From the NCBI GenBank assembly GCA_035221665.1, contig CM069140.1, forward strand, positions 14,508,001 through 14,572,000: DNA of 64,000 bases. Reading direction: 5' to 3'. Both the position numbers and the translations under genes were made by a program. Position 1 is the first letter of the stretch, and each line of letters begins with the position of its first letter. Shown here in pieces: positions 1-12,100 of this stretch. This stretch comes from Okamejei kenojei (lineage: Eukaryota). The notes beneath the pieces were generated by a model that was not told the origin of the DNA, searched no databases, and saw only the letters and a program-made list of their open reading frames with translations.

Positions 1-134
1 GATGGTGTTTGACATATCCACGTGCCGTATCATAGCTGGGATGCCTCCAAGGTCTGCAACAGCAGTAGTCACTAAATTAAAATTCTTCTTTTCATTTTCC
101 AAGAGTTCTTCATAGATGTTGGCTGAAGGTAATG
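1..134 (-). CDS. ASPM: ASPM coding exon 15 (truncated by window edge)
   Basis: [38 protein letters not shown]; acceptor tttag at 135-139. Confidence 0.93.
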
Positions 135-3100
135 CTAAATAAAGACAATGTACAAGTCTGTATCATTTGAACAGCAAACCTATGGCAGCAAACCACTGAA
201 GCAATGTGACCATTAGTATTTACTTGTATTTTATTCACATTAGCAAAATTTCACTTGAGCACAAGAACAATGTGCAGAACTACAGGTGTGCTCAAACCAA
301 GGATTAGGTTTGCATGACTTCACAACATTTCCACATCTATCATTCTAGAAATAAATGTTACAGCAGTTTAATTTTTGTTTAAAATATAAAAAGGCCTTAC
401 TAGTCTTCAGGGAAAAATGTGTTTACATTCTGAAATCTTTATGTTTCTCTACCTCAGGTGAACTTACACCTTTCAAATCATAAAGGACCTATTATTCCTA
501 TTAAACTACTTTATATCTATTATTCCTATTAAAGAGTATCTTTGTTATGTTGCACAAGCCTATTTTCTGTTCATTTCATGTTCATAAATGTCCTTCTCAT
601 TGTTGATTATATCTGATCACTACCATTATTCTCCCCCTCTCTCCTTAAAAAAAATAAAAATAAAAATACCAACTGCAAATTTTAAAATTGTGTTTTTGGA
701 CGCAGTGTTTCAGCATAAATTGTTCATGGCAGTGGAGTTTTGAAAGAGGTAATTTCAGAGATACTGAATGTGATGGTTATCATTTATGAAGTTCTATAGA
801 TTCTGGAATTGTTCCTGTTGATTGGAGAGTAGCGAACATCATTGAAATACATATTTCTGGACATTAAGGTTCAAGGCAAAATATAATTGAAGTAGGTAGA
901 CAAACGTGCTGGAGAAACTCAGCGGGTGCAGCAGCATCTATGGAGCGAAGGAAATAGGCAATGTTTTGGGCCGAAACCCTTCTTCAGGGTTTAGGCCCGA
1001 AACGTTGCCTATTTCCTTCGCTCCATAGATGCCAGCACTTTTGTCTACCTTCGATTTTCCAGCATCTGCAGTTCCTTCTTAAACATATAATTGAAGTAGA
1101 ACAGCCATGATTTTAATAATACTTACAGTTTGCAAGTATGGCATCAATGGAATTTTCAGATTCACTAGTTGATGTATCAATTGCCACTGTACCACGCTCT
1201 GCATATTCTACTGTCTGAGTGGTTCGCTGACAGATTTTGTCCACAGCCAAAAGGCTAGGATGGTAATGATGGATCAGGTAACAAAAAATTCTGCCATCAG
1301 AAAAAGGGACAGTGAAATTCTCAGCCTGAAACAAGAAAAAAATAACTGCATTAGACATGAACCGCATACAAATTTAATTTTAGAAATCAAGTTATTCTTG
1401 TAATCCTCAGATAAAACTCTTTAGAATAGCCATTTGCCAATATACGAGTTGACCACATACCAGAATATTCTTATTCAAATCACTTTGTCGATAGCAGAAT
1501 GATTTTTAGATTTATGGCACTACCCTGTACATCTACATGTATTGTTCTTGGATCAGTAAATTTGAAATGCAACTTTTGAATCTACCTACCATGTTAGATA
1601 TGAAGTATGCAGAATGCTAATCACTACATAAATAAAACGTATTTGCCTTGTGTTGCCTCAGGCTTTATTGCCAATCTTAAATCCTTGTACTCCAGTTATC
1701 AATCCGTTACACCATCCAATGACCATCAATTATTTTTCATTTGAGCCTCAAATACACGTTCTTGGCATTACATTCAATTACAAGGTATTATCATGGTGTT
1801 GCTTATCCTTATATTATAGCAGCAGAAACAAGAGTTCTGCCATGCCATTAAATCAACAGTGGGAACACGATTTATAGTTAATTGACTGGAAAAGTAGATT
1901 TATGGTATTGTCCTGTACATGCATTGATCTAGGATCTGTACATTTTTAGCACTGCCAGTTTCCCTTCAAGTCAAATTCAATGGTCTTGTGTTTTTTCCCT
2001 TCATTCAATATAAAACTGGTAAAATTCATATTTTACATGGTATGCAAAAAAGGTAATCTTTTACATTTCACATTTGGTAATTCGATAAAGCTGATCGTGA
2101 ATGAAATCAATTTTTAAACAAAGTAATAACTACTTAAGATGGTGAGGCTAATAAAACAATTTGAAAATTTGCCACATTGTATCTCAAGCTATACATCAAT
2201 TAACCAATTTTTAAATCACTGATTTCGTTATGACAGATTATTTTTAATTCAAGGTGTTTGCATGCATATTCATATAACTTTTAGAAACCTCAATCTAGAC
2301 AAGATTAAATTTAAAGGAATAATCAACTGTATCAGGTAACAATATTCCAAAGCATTAAATTCTTACGTGAAACTTCGAAAGTTGAGTTAAGAAACTACGT
2401 TCATTACAGTTCAATATTATCCGAAAATAAAATCAATCATAACGTTATGTTTTTCATGGATCACATTTGCAGAGCTGCCAAGTTTTGTCAGAGCATTTCA
2501 GTATTCTAGTACCTGAAAATCAGTATTCTGCTGAGGAAATCAGTATTTTTACCCGGTGCCATTCTGCTGAATAAATTTTGTTTTTTATGTGCGGTCATAC
2601 CCACGTAAGAGTACAAGAATGCATAACTTTGCTACCAATTGACATGACTTCTGCGCACCTTATTTGACAGTGCATTCATTACCATCTCTTTGTATACTGC
2701 TGTTTGAACAGTTGCTTCTAGCACCAGATGATGGCGTAGAAGCCATTTTGGAAGTCTCCCTCCCTCCTTCCTCTCTTTCCCTCCCCCTCTCTCTTTCCCT
2801 CCTCCTCCCTCTTTCCCTCCTCCTCCCTCTTTCCTTTATTTTCTCCCTCCCTCCCTCTCCCCCTCCTTCTCTCTCTCCCCTAACAGTCTGTGACCCATAG
2901 AGCTGTTGCCATAGCGCTATGTGTAAAGGCAATAGTGCTCCAGCTGGGGGCGCTATTTTTAGAACCCATAGCGTTTAAAATTCCCACGCGTTAAACTGAC
3001 AGCACTGTTTAAAGCTGGAGCGGGACAGGCGGATCAAAACTTACAACAATAATTATCCAGGTCTTGACATTTAAAATACTAATAGTTTTAATGTGCTATA

Positions 3101-6100
3101 ATTTAAAAAGTTTTAGTATCTATATAATTAAAAGTGTCATCTTGACCACTTCCTGTCTGCGCTGTATATTGATTTTGGAAAAAAACGCTACCATGTATCG
3201 CTATGAATTTTGGCCATCTTACTCAGTCCTCCTCCGCTGAGCCAGCCCCGAGGATTTTTCCCATCAATGAAAAATAAATGTTTAGAAAGCCTTGAGTTCA
3301 GCTGATTGGTCCTTTCGCCTGTCAATCACTGTGATGAAGGTAACGCCCCTTATGGGGAGGCAGGACTATAAAACCCCGGGTGCTTAGACGTGAGTCAGTC
3401 ACTCTGCAAGATCGCAAGGGAGAGGCCACGACTATCATTCTAAGCTGTGAATCAACTGAACTGCGAGTCTGCAATCAATGATTTGCTAGCCCTTAATGAC
3501 AATACCATGAATTGTTTGGCCTGCTGCTCTGTCTGTGCTTGAAAGTGCAATACTTAATTGGAAATGAAATGACAATACCATGAGTTGTTTGGCCTGCTGC
3601 CCTGCCTGTGCTTGAAACTGCGATGCTTTATTAGGTCTGACTGTGTTTGGAAGGAATAAATGCTTTATTAGGTTCGACTATGTTTGGAAGGAATAAATGC
3701 TTTATTAGGTCTGAATGTGTTTGGAAGGAATAAATGCTTTATTAGGTCCGACTGCGCTTAGCCCAAAAGTCCCGCTCATTTCGTGACTTCCGCTTAGTGG
3801 ACAGGTCATGCCGATTGCGTAATTTCCGGTACGTGCAGAGGTCACGCTGGTTGCGGAAGTGCCACTGACTGCGGAATCCCCACAGTGGAGAGGCCTTGTG
3901 AGTAGATTCAAGAAAGTTTACTGTCATATATATGGTGTGTGTGAATCAGTGTGTGTGTGTGTGTGTGTGCGTGTGCGTGTGTGTGTGTGTGTGTATTGGA
4001 ATTGGTGGAGAGGTGGAATATTGCATTGCGATGGGGGACCAGCCCTCCCGTGTGAAGCTGGGACCCAACGGGTCCCACTTAGTCTAGTAACTTTTTATAT
4101 CCATGCATTTTTAAGCAGCAAGATGAAACAGGAAGTCGTGCTGATTTTTAAAAAATCAGTATTTTACAAAGCAAATCCGTACATCCGTATTCTGATCGCA
4201 TTTCTGTACAAAATACAGAACATTCGTACTACTTGGCAGCTCTGCATTTGCACAGACTAAAAATAAAATTTCCATCTGTGAATGAAGTGGAAAATATGCT
4301 TCTGCATACAACCAGGCTACCTGAAAAGCCATCCAAAATTCAGAATCAGCATAAAGAGTCAATGCAACAACAGACAACCCACTTTAAAGACAGAAAAATG
4401 AATTAGATCAATTTGTAACAACTTTACGTACTTTTACACCATAATATGCGCCTACAGCATTTATCCAATTCATCAACAAAGTGATCCGTGGGCTATATTT
4501 TTCAGGCATGCAGCTGAGGTCTTGATCTTTCTTTGGGTGTGGCAGAACAGCTAGAGAATGCAGTGCAGCCAGTTTACGTGATGTGTCCAAAGCTTTTTTA
4601 AGAAATTCAATTTCTTCTCGCAATTGATCTTCATTTAGCAAAATCTCCACCTAATTAGATCAAAACAGCAGTCAAAACTAAAACGTTGGCACTCTATGCA
4701 CAACACTTAAACTGGTCTATCGTTTAGCTTGTTAGTCATATCATCAGTGATACTGGACTGTGTATTTTTCTATCCAAGTCTTACTTGGTTCTAACAGTGA
4801 GGTGCAGGAAGACAAAACAAATAGAGGATTTGGGATCTCATTTGTATGCTCCATTCATTTCTTCGCACATATACCTTCCTGTACAAAGGTGCAGACCCAG
4901 ATATTACCATTAATTTTGACAGAGGAACTTCAAATAACTACTAACCAAAAATAGCCCATTTCTCAATATATGCTTGAATATCTAATTTCAAACCTATCCA
5001 CACTTCCTTTAATGATCAGAAAAAATGTAGATTAACTGTTTTCAGTTCAATTAGATTACCAGTCCATACTGTACCTGAAAGGCAAAGATGATTTGCCATA
5101 ACAGTGCTAACGTCTTTTCCCGATTTCCATCCACTATATCTCTAGAATCTATATCATTACCTGGTGTACAAAAATAAACAATTGTATTCAAAAGCTATTT
5201 AAAAAAATGTTTAATCTTTCGACTGAAGTTAACAAAAAAAGGTTTTACCCCGTTCATCTTTCAGATCAACTCGAGTTTTAAGGACATTCAATGCAACAGC
5301 TACATTGTGCAGTTTCTGCAGTCGACTGATTGCTGGGACCCTGAGCTGCTTTGACAGGTGCCAGTTTTCAGTAAGAAGCTCCATTGCACGCCTGTAACAG
5401 GTCACAAAACAAAACATTCATTTGAAAAGTGCACATCAATTAGAAATTCTTTTCCATGGAAACTTCACTCAGTAGTTCTAATTTAAAGATTTTCTTTCAT
5501 ATGAACTTAATCTCATCACTTCAAAAGAAACTTGATAATAATTTTTGGTCAACGTACCAATTACTATATTTCCTCTGGTGCTGATTGAATGTATTCTCGT
5601 CTGCAATAACCCAATGTTTATTTTGAAAGAATTAACTTAAAATGTATTCAATATTCACTGTTTTAGCTTCCACCCAAATCAAAACTTCTGATCATCCATC
5701 TGTATGTTTCTTAATACAAGTAAGATCATGCCACACAATCAACTCTTCAATGCTCTATGAAATGAGCAAGCAAACAATAGTACCACTACATTAAAACAAA
5801 TATGACAATGACTCAGGCGCATATGGCATTGAGAGCTTAACTTTAAGATTGGGGGGGGGGGGGGGGGGGGGGGTGGCAGTTTAAAGAAGATATGTGGGAC
5901 AAATATTTCCACACAAGGTGGGAGGTGTCTGGAATGTGTTCCCAAAGAAGGTGGTGAAAGAGGATGCATTAACGGTATTTAAGAGACATAGACAGGTGAA
6001 TACGGAGGGAGTACAGGGATATAGATCACGTGGGCACAAGAGATTAGTTTAATTTGGCGCCATGTTCAGAAGACATTGTTTGGTCCAAAAGCCACAACCT

Positions 6101-9100
6101 AAAAGTATCACTGCATTTATGTATGTACCAGGCACGTGCCGTCAGGGTAGGCAAGGTAGGCACTGCTTACCCTGACAAAAATTATAAAATCGTAATTACT
6201 CAATATAAATAGTAAAGGCATGGGAGAATTATGCCTATCTAAGAGATCGATCTCTTAGGTAGCCATAATACTCCATGCCTTTCATCCGCAGCACTTGTAA
6301 CCCTTGAAGGTCTGTGCAGCCCACGTGCCGTCGACGCTGCTTCGATCCGTCAATTTCAAGCGGGGCTGAAAACAGCTGAAATTCTGCCTTTGCAGCACTG
6401 CGCAGGCGCAGCAACCTACTGCGCATTCGCAGCGCTAGTTTCTTGGCGGGGTTTTCAAACATGGATTGCCATTATTTTAAGAGTATCTTAGGAAACAAAG
6501 ATAGAAGAATTGAGCTTGTGTACTGATAATGTGGCAAGTGCATTTCTTGGTGCTTTATGTTTTTAAATACACTATTTCCCAGGGTGTGGGAGAGTTCCTT
6601 TCACTGTGTTTTGGGAGTCTGGCCCGGGGTAAAGTTGTGGGGAGGGCAGGAGTGTTGTGAAGGAGGGGGTCGGGATCATGCCACTTGCGACGCTTCTAAA
6701 AACCTCACTCCTGCCACTCGCTGGCCTCACTCATGTCAGCCGCTTCCCGCATATCCTTAAATTCCGACAGCACGATTGAGGTTACTTGGCTGTGGGAATT
6801 TAAGGATTTGCGGGAAGCTGCTGACAAGAGCGGTCGACGAGCAGCAGGTGAGAGGTGTTTAGACGAAGAGCACTGCCAGAGGTGAGCGAGCCGGCAGAAC
6901 ATCATTGAAGTGGCAGCCAGTTCTGCTGTCGGGTCCCGGCGGCCACTCGCAGCCACCCGAGCTGCTTCTATCCACGGCTACAATGCGATGGCTCCGTGCC
7001 CGGAATGCCGCAGCAGCAGTGAGTTACTGGCATTATCCCCAATCTCCTCCTTCTCAACACTCCTGCCCTCCCCGCAACTTTACCCCTGGCACAGACTCTC
7101 CACACACTGTGAAAGGATCTCTCCCCCCAATTGGTCCCTTGAACAAGTGTTGTCATTCAATAAGTGTTAAAGAAGGAACTGCAGATGCTGGAGAATTGAA
7201 ACACAAAAGGCTGGAAAAACTCAGCGGGTGCAGCAGCATCTAAGGAGCGAAGGAGATAGGCGACGTTTCGGGTCGAGACCCTTTCTTCAGACTGGTTAGG
7301 GATCAGGGAAACGAGAAATATAGACGATGATGTGGAGAGATAAAGAACAATGAATGAAAGATATGCAAAAAAGTATCGATGATAAAGGAAACAGGCCATT
7401 GTAAGCTGTTTGTAGTGTGAAAATGAGAAAGGTGACAACTGATTCAACTTTTCCCTGTGCTCCCGTTTTTCCCACTATGTTTCCACCTGCCATCACCCTT
7501 CACCCCCCACCCATTCAGTGATTCAGAATAAAGGAGACTTGGAAGCCTTGGGCAAATTGAATTGTTACTGTCTTTATTTTTATTTTTTATTTTTACGGAG
7601 AGAACAATCTGCGCATGCGTGGTTTAATTTTTTTTTTAAAGCCGACTGACTGCCTTACCCGAGTAATCACTCAAGGCACGTACCTGGTTTGTACCAATTA
7701 CCATTAATTTATTATACTTACATTATTGCAACTCAATTGTTTTGATTAAACAGCCAATTTTAAAATTAATCTCAGAAACATCATAATTCCACAGAACGAC
7801 CAAAAATACTTACACCAAACGAACACCACATCGAAGATCGACAGCAAGATTGGCGACTTCAAATTTAAATTCATGAAGTGGTGTCTGACAATGACTGACT
7901 GTCAACCCCAGGAAACCAAGATGCCGGGAAATGTCTCCTTCACCACTGAGGAAATCTCTCGAGAAGGCAAATAACAGGTCTTTGCTGGTCTAAACAAAAA
8001 AAAGGCAAGTGAAAAAAAGTCACATTGTAATGCATACTCAGCCTTTTCTCTAGGACACACACTTGTTTAGCTTTACTACATTTTCACTGATGCAAAAGTA
8101 TGTAAGATGGAGGTTGTACAATAAAATTGTACAAACCAATTTAGACACTTCACTTCTTTGCTATCAGAGTTAAATTGTCTTTACTAATACCACAAAAAAA
8201 AACAGAAAGCCTCAATTTGTTGAATTTTAATTTAAATCATTCATTCCATCTTTGGTGTGCACTTACTCATGGCGTTTCAGCATTGTACCAATTTTTCAGC
8301 ACTAATATAAATATCAAATGTCTTATTATCTCAAAATTTTGGCCCAAAACCTCATTCGAAATGGACAGCATCATGGATTAACAGAAAATAGATTTCAATA
8401 AATTAACTACATTTTTAAAATGCAACTTTATGAAAAATCGTTGAACACAGGATAATATGTAATTTCTCAATTTAGTACTAGATCTGAAAACAGTTGAATA
8501 TAAAATATAATTCATGATGTCCTGCTGAAGAATTTAGCAGTCCCACTAAAACAACTGAAGAATGAAATGTCTGTGCATTTTTACATTTCATGCTGGTATC
8601 TCAAAGACCATTATCAAGACCAATTTGTTTATCATTCAAAGGGATGATTAAACCTTTGCCATGAAGAAAGATAAACTCCACGATAAAAGTTCAGGGTCGC
8701 ACAGTGGCACAATGATAGAGTTGCTGCCTCACAGCACCCGAGACCTGGGTTTGATCCTGATTATGGGCATTGTAGGGTGGTCACAGTGGCGCAGCGGTAG
8801 AGATGCTGCCTTACAGCAAATACAGTGCCGGAGACCCGGGTTCAGTCCTAACTATGGGTGCTGTCTATACAGAGTCTGTACGTTCTTCCCGTGATCTACA
8901 TGGGTTTTCTCCGAGATCTTCAGTTTCCTCCCACACTTCAAAGCCAGACAGGTTTGTAGCTTAAAGGGCTTGGTAAATGTAAAAATTGTCATTAGTCAGT
9001 TTAGGATAGTGTGCGGGGATCGCTGGTCAGCGTGGACCCGGTAGGCCGAAGGGCTTGTTTCCGCGCTGTATCTCTAAACTAAACTCGACATATCCCGAAA

Positions 9101-12100
9101 AATACTACCTGCAAACATCTTACCTTAAACTCAGCATCTTTGCAGAAAAGACATGGATCATGATCAATTAATCTAGATTGCTTGGCACAGTCAAGAAACC
9201 AAACCAGAAGCAAGAATTTCTTCAGAGTGAATTGTGCCAAAACCTCTTGGTGCTCTAGAAACAGCAAAGCAAAAAAGCCACAACATTTAAATTTAGTTTC
9301 CAACTCACCTTTCTCTCAGAGGAAGAACATCTGCATGTTAAAACTACAAAATATCAAATCCAAAGTGTAAAAAATGTCAAATGTCATCCTTAAAAAGGCT
9401 TTATTTTAAACTGAAAATTATGCATCTTTGATCATAACTTAGTATTTAAACATTTGGGGTGAAAATTCTTCATTGACTGCTAATATAGATTGGATACTAG
9501 ATCATTTACAATCCATTACCAAGCAAATACTCCAAAGATGAATGCCTATCTCAATGCCATTTATCATGTAAAACAAACATGAGATAACTTAAAAACTGTT
9601 GGGAGGTTCACTATAATCCGATAGTTGTATTCCCAAGGAATCTCGTGTTATAGAAAAATGCGCTAAAAAATAAAAAATTATGGTATGCAGCGCACATTGG
9701 TAGTAAAATTTCTTACCATCACAATATAAATGTGGCACTGTTGGATGTCTATATGCTGCTGCTATATCCGAATTCCAAAGCAAGCGATTTAAAATGAACC
9801 TGGCTAATCCAGTAATATCACTGTTGCTTTCCAATGGAAGCATTTCACCAAAGACACACTGCAATATAAGTTGAAGAAATTTAAGCACATTAACTAAAAT
9901 TTATTGCAAATAAACAAAATTGTCTTTATTATGAAATTGGTTACTCTTGCTTACTCCACATCTAAAGCAAAGTAATGTCTACCTAAATAAAGAAGCATTA
10001 TAAACATGACTTAATTTTTAGTAAAACCACACCTCGAGTCCAATTCGTAGCCACAGCGGATTATATGATAAAAGCCATTTGAGGATTTTCTGTCGATGTC
10101 CTATAATGGAGAAAATAAAATTTACAAAACAGCAAATTCTCATTCTACTTTTCCCTTCACATCCATTTAGTATCTTTTACATAAATGAATGTCCCTCAAT
10201 TTAAACCAGCTATTAGATTAGCGCCAGAGATGGAGACACAAGCAATTGCAGATGCTGGAGCAAAACTGAAAGTGCTGGAGGAACTCAATGGTCAGGCAAC
10301 ATCCGAGGAGTAAATGGACAGGTGACATTTAGAGTCCGGATTAATCTAAAGAAGTGTCCCGGCCCAAAACGTTGCCAATCCATCGCTGACTGACCCGCTG
10401 AATTCCTCCAGTTTTTCTGCAGTTAGTAATGATTGGGCATCAGACAGAAAACAGTGATCGACAGACAGAAAACAGTGGAAAGAAATAGGTCTTTTGGAGG
10501 TGACAGGCAGTAATCAGGGGACCACTACAGAGGTCAGTGCTTGGATTCAGGTAGCACCCAACATATATGTAACAACTAAATGTAACATTTTCACATTTAT
10601 CAATGACAAAGCTAGGTGAGGGGAAGTGTGAGCTGAGGAAAATGCAAAGCAGCTCCAGTGACATTCAGATAGGCTGGATGAATGAGCAAATGCATGGCCA
10701 TTGCAGTGTACACGGTTAATATTACCCATTTTAATTTCTAAAAGGACTAATTTACCTCTAAATATTGACAGATTGGGTAAAGGCATGATGTAATGAGACC
10801 ATGGTGTCCTTGTACACCAGATACTAAAATTGAGAGCACCGATGACACATTGGTCTTCACTGCAATATAAGTACAGGCCGCTCCCAGGTTACGCCTGACT
10901 TAGACGCTTCTGCATACAGACAGGATCCTATACTATGAAATTCAAAAGTCGAGTGTACATCCATTAATTTGCTCCAATAAATGTTCTAATTAGTTTCTGC
11001 TCTCTCCCTACTTTTAATAATTACTGGACCAAATGGGACCCGTTGGGTCCCGTCCCCCAACGCGGCACTCACCCCGGACAGACGCCCCCCAGAGCCAGTC
11101 ACCCCAATGTAACCCAGGCTGAGCCTAGCAAGCGGGGCCGAGAAAGTGAATAAAAGCAAGGTGGGCCAAGCCGACCGAGGACATGAATAACTTTATCAGC
11201 AGCTGGTCTGTAAGCGGGATTGAATTCCTTTTCCAGGGTGTTAAGAGTTGGCCATATTACTTTCAAAGCATATTTGGTCCGCGATGGGAAGTGTGTGGGA
11301 GGGACGGACGGTGAGGAGGGAGCACCGCGCTGTAGGGAGGCAGAAAGGGGCGGTGAGGAGGGTGCGCCACGTTGTGGGAGGGGCACCGCGCTGTGGGAGG
11401 GCGCACCGCGCTGTGGGAGGGAGGAAGGGGCGATGAGGAGGATTTAAACGCCATAGCTGGTCTTTAAGTGGGATTGAATTCCTTTACCACAGTGTTGGGA
11501 GTTGGCTGTATTACTTTCAAAGCATATTGTACAACCTTACATTTCACACAGTTCAATACCCGTCAAGTCCTTCGAGATCAGTCCGCGACGGGAAGTGTGT
11601 GGGGGGTAGGGAGCGACTCTTATATTAAACTATAATACCCAGCAGTGAAATAATGCTTGATTCACAGGCTTAATGTCAATATCCAGCCCTGCTGATGTTG
11701 GGTTACAGAATGGAAGGGATAACTTTATGGCTTTGCAATTTTGGTCCTTCTCTTGCTCAGAGCAAATTTCAGAACTATGTGCATTGAAGTCTATGGTTTC
11801 TGAGCTAATGTCAGAAATGTAAAGTTGGTGAATGGGAATGAATTCCTTTACCACGGTGTGGAGAGTTGGCCGTTTTACTTTCGAAGCATATTGTACAACC
11901 TTAACATCACCGCCCCCCGCCCCCCCCACATTGTGACGTCACTGGAAGCGGGTTGAGAGTCATTTGAAAGGCGTTTAAAAGCTGGTTTGGGGTGATGGAA
12001 TTGTGGCATTCTGCAGCTTGAGACCCCATTGTGATTGGTGCACCATGAGTGGCATTGTGCCACCATCAGTGGAATGTCCTGGAAAAAGGTTGTGTGTAAG

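Larger units (their letters stand above)
3119..4087 (+). mobile_element. Non-autonomous Helitron
   Basis: 5' A|TCTATATAATTAAAAG; 3' hairpin GGGACCC-AAC-GGGTCCC then ACTTAGT-CTAG|T; no TSD. Confidence 0.8.
2470..4244. mobile_element. Non-autonomous hAT-like DNA transposon, interrupted by a Helitron
   Basis: 14-bp TIR CAGAGCTGCCAAGT / ACTTGGCAGCTCTG; 6-bp duplication CATTTG each side; subterminal (A)ATCAGTATT repeats. Confidence 0.7.

Noticed and set aside
3624-3755. 37-bp repeats of CRISPR-like length
   Set aside because: Contiguous tandem units without unique spacers, in a eukaryotic Helitron
8775-8855. tRNA-like sequence with A/B boxes (also 37252, 36430-36500, 50590-50665)
   Set aside because: Heads of HE1-type SINEs, continuing into SINE body and CR1 tail; not tRNA genes
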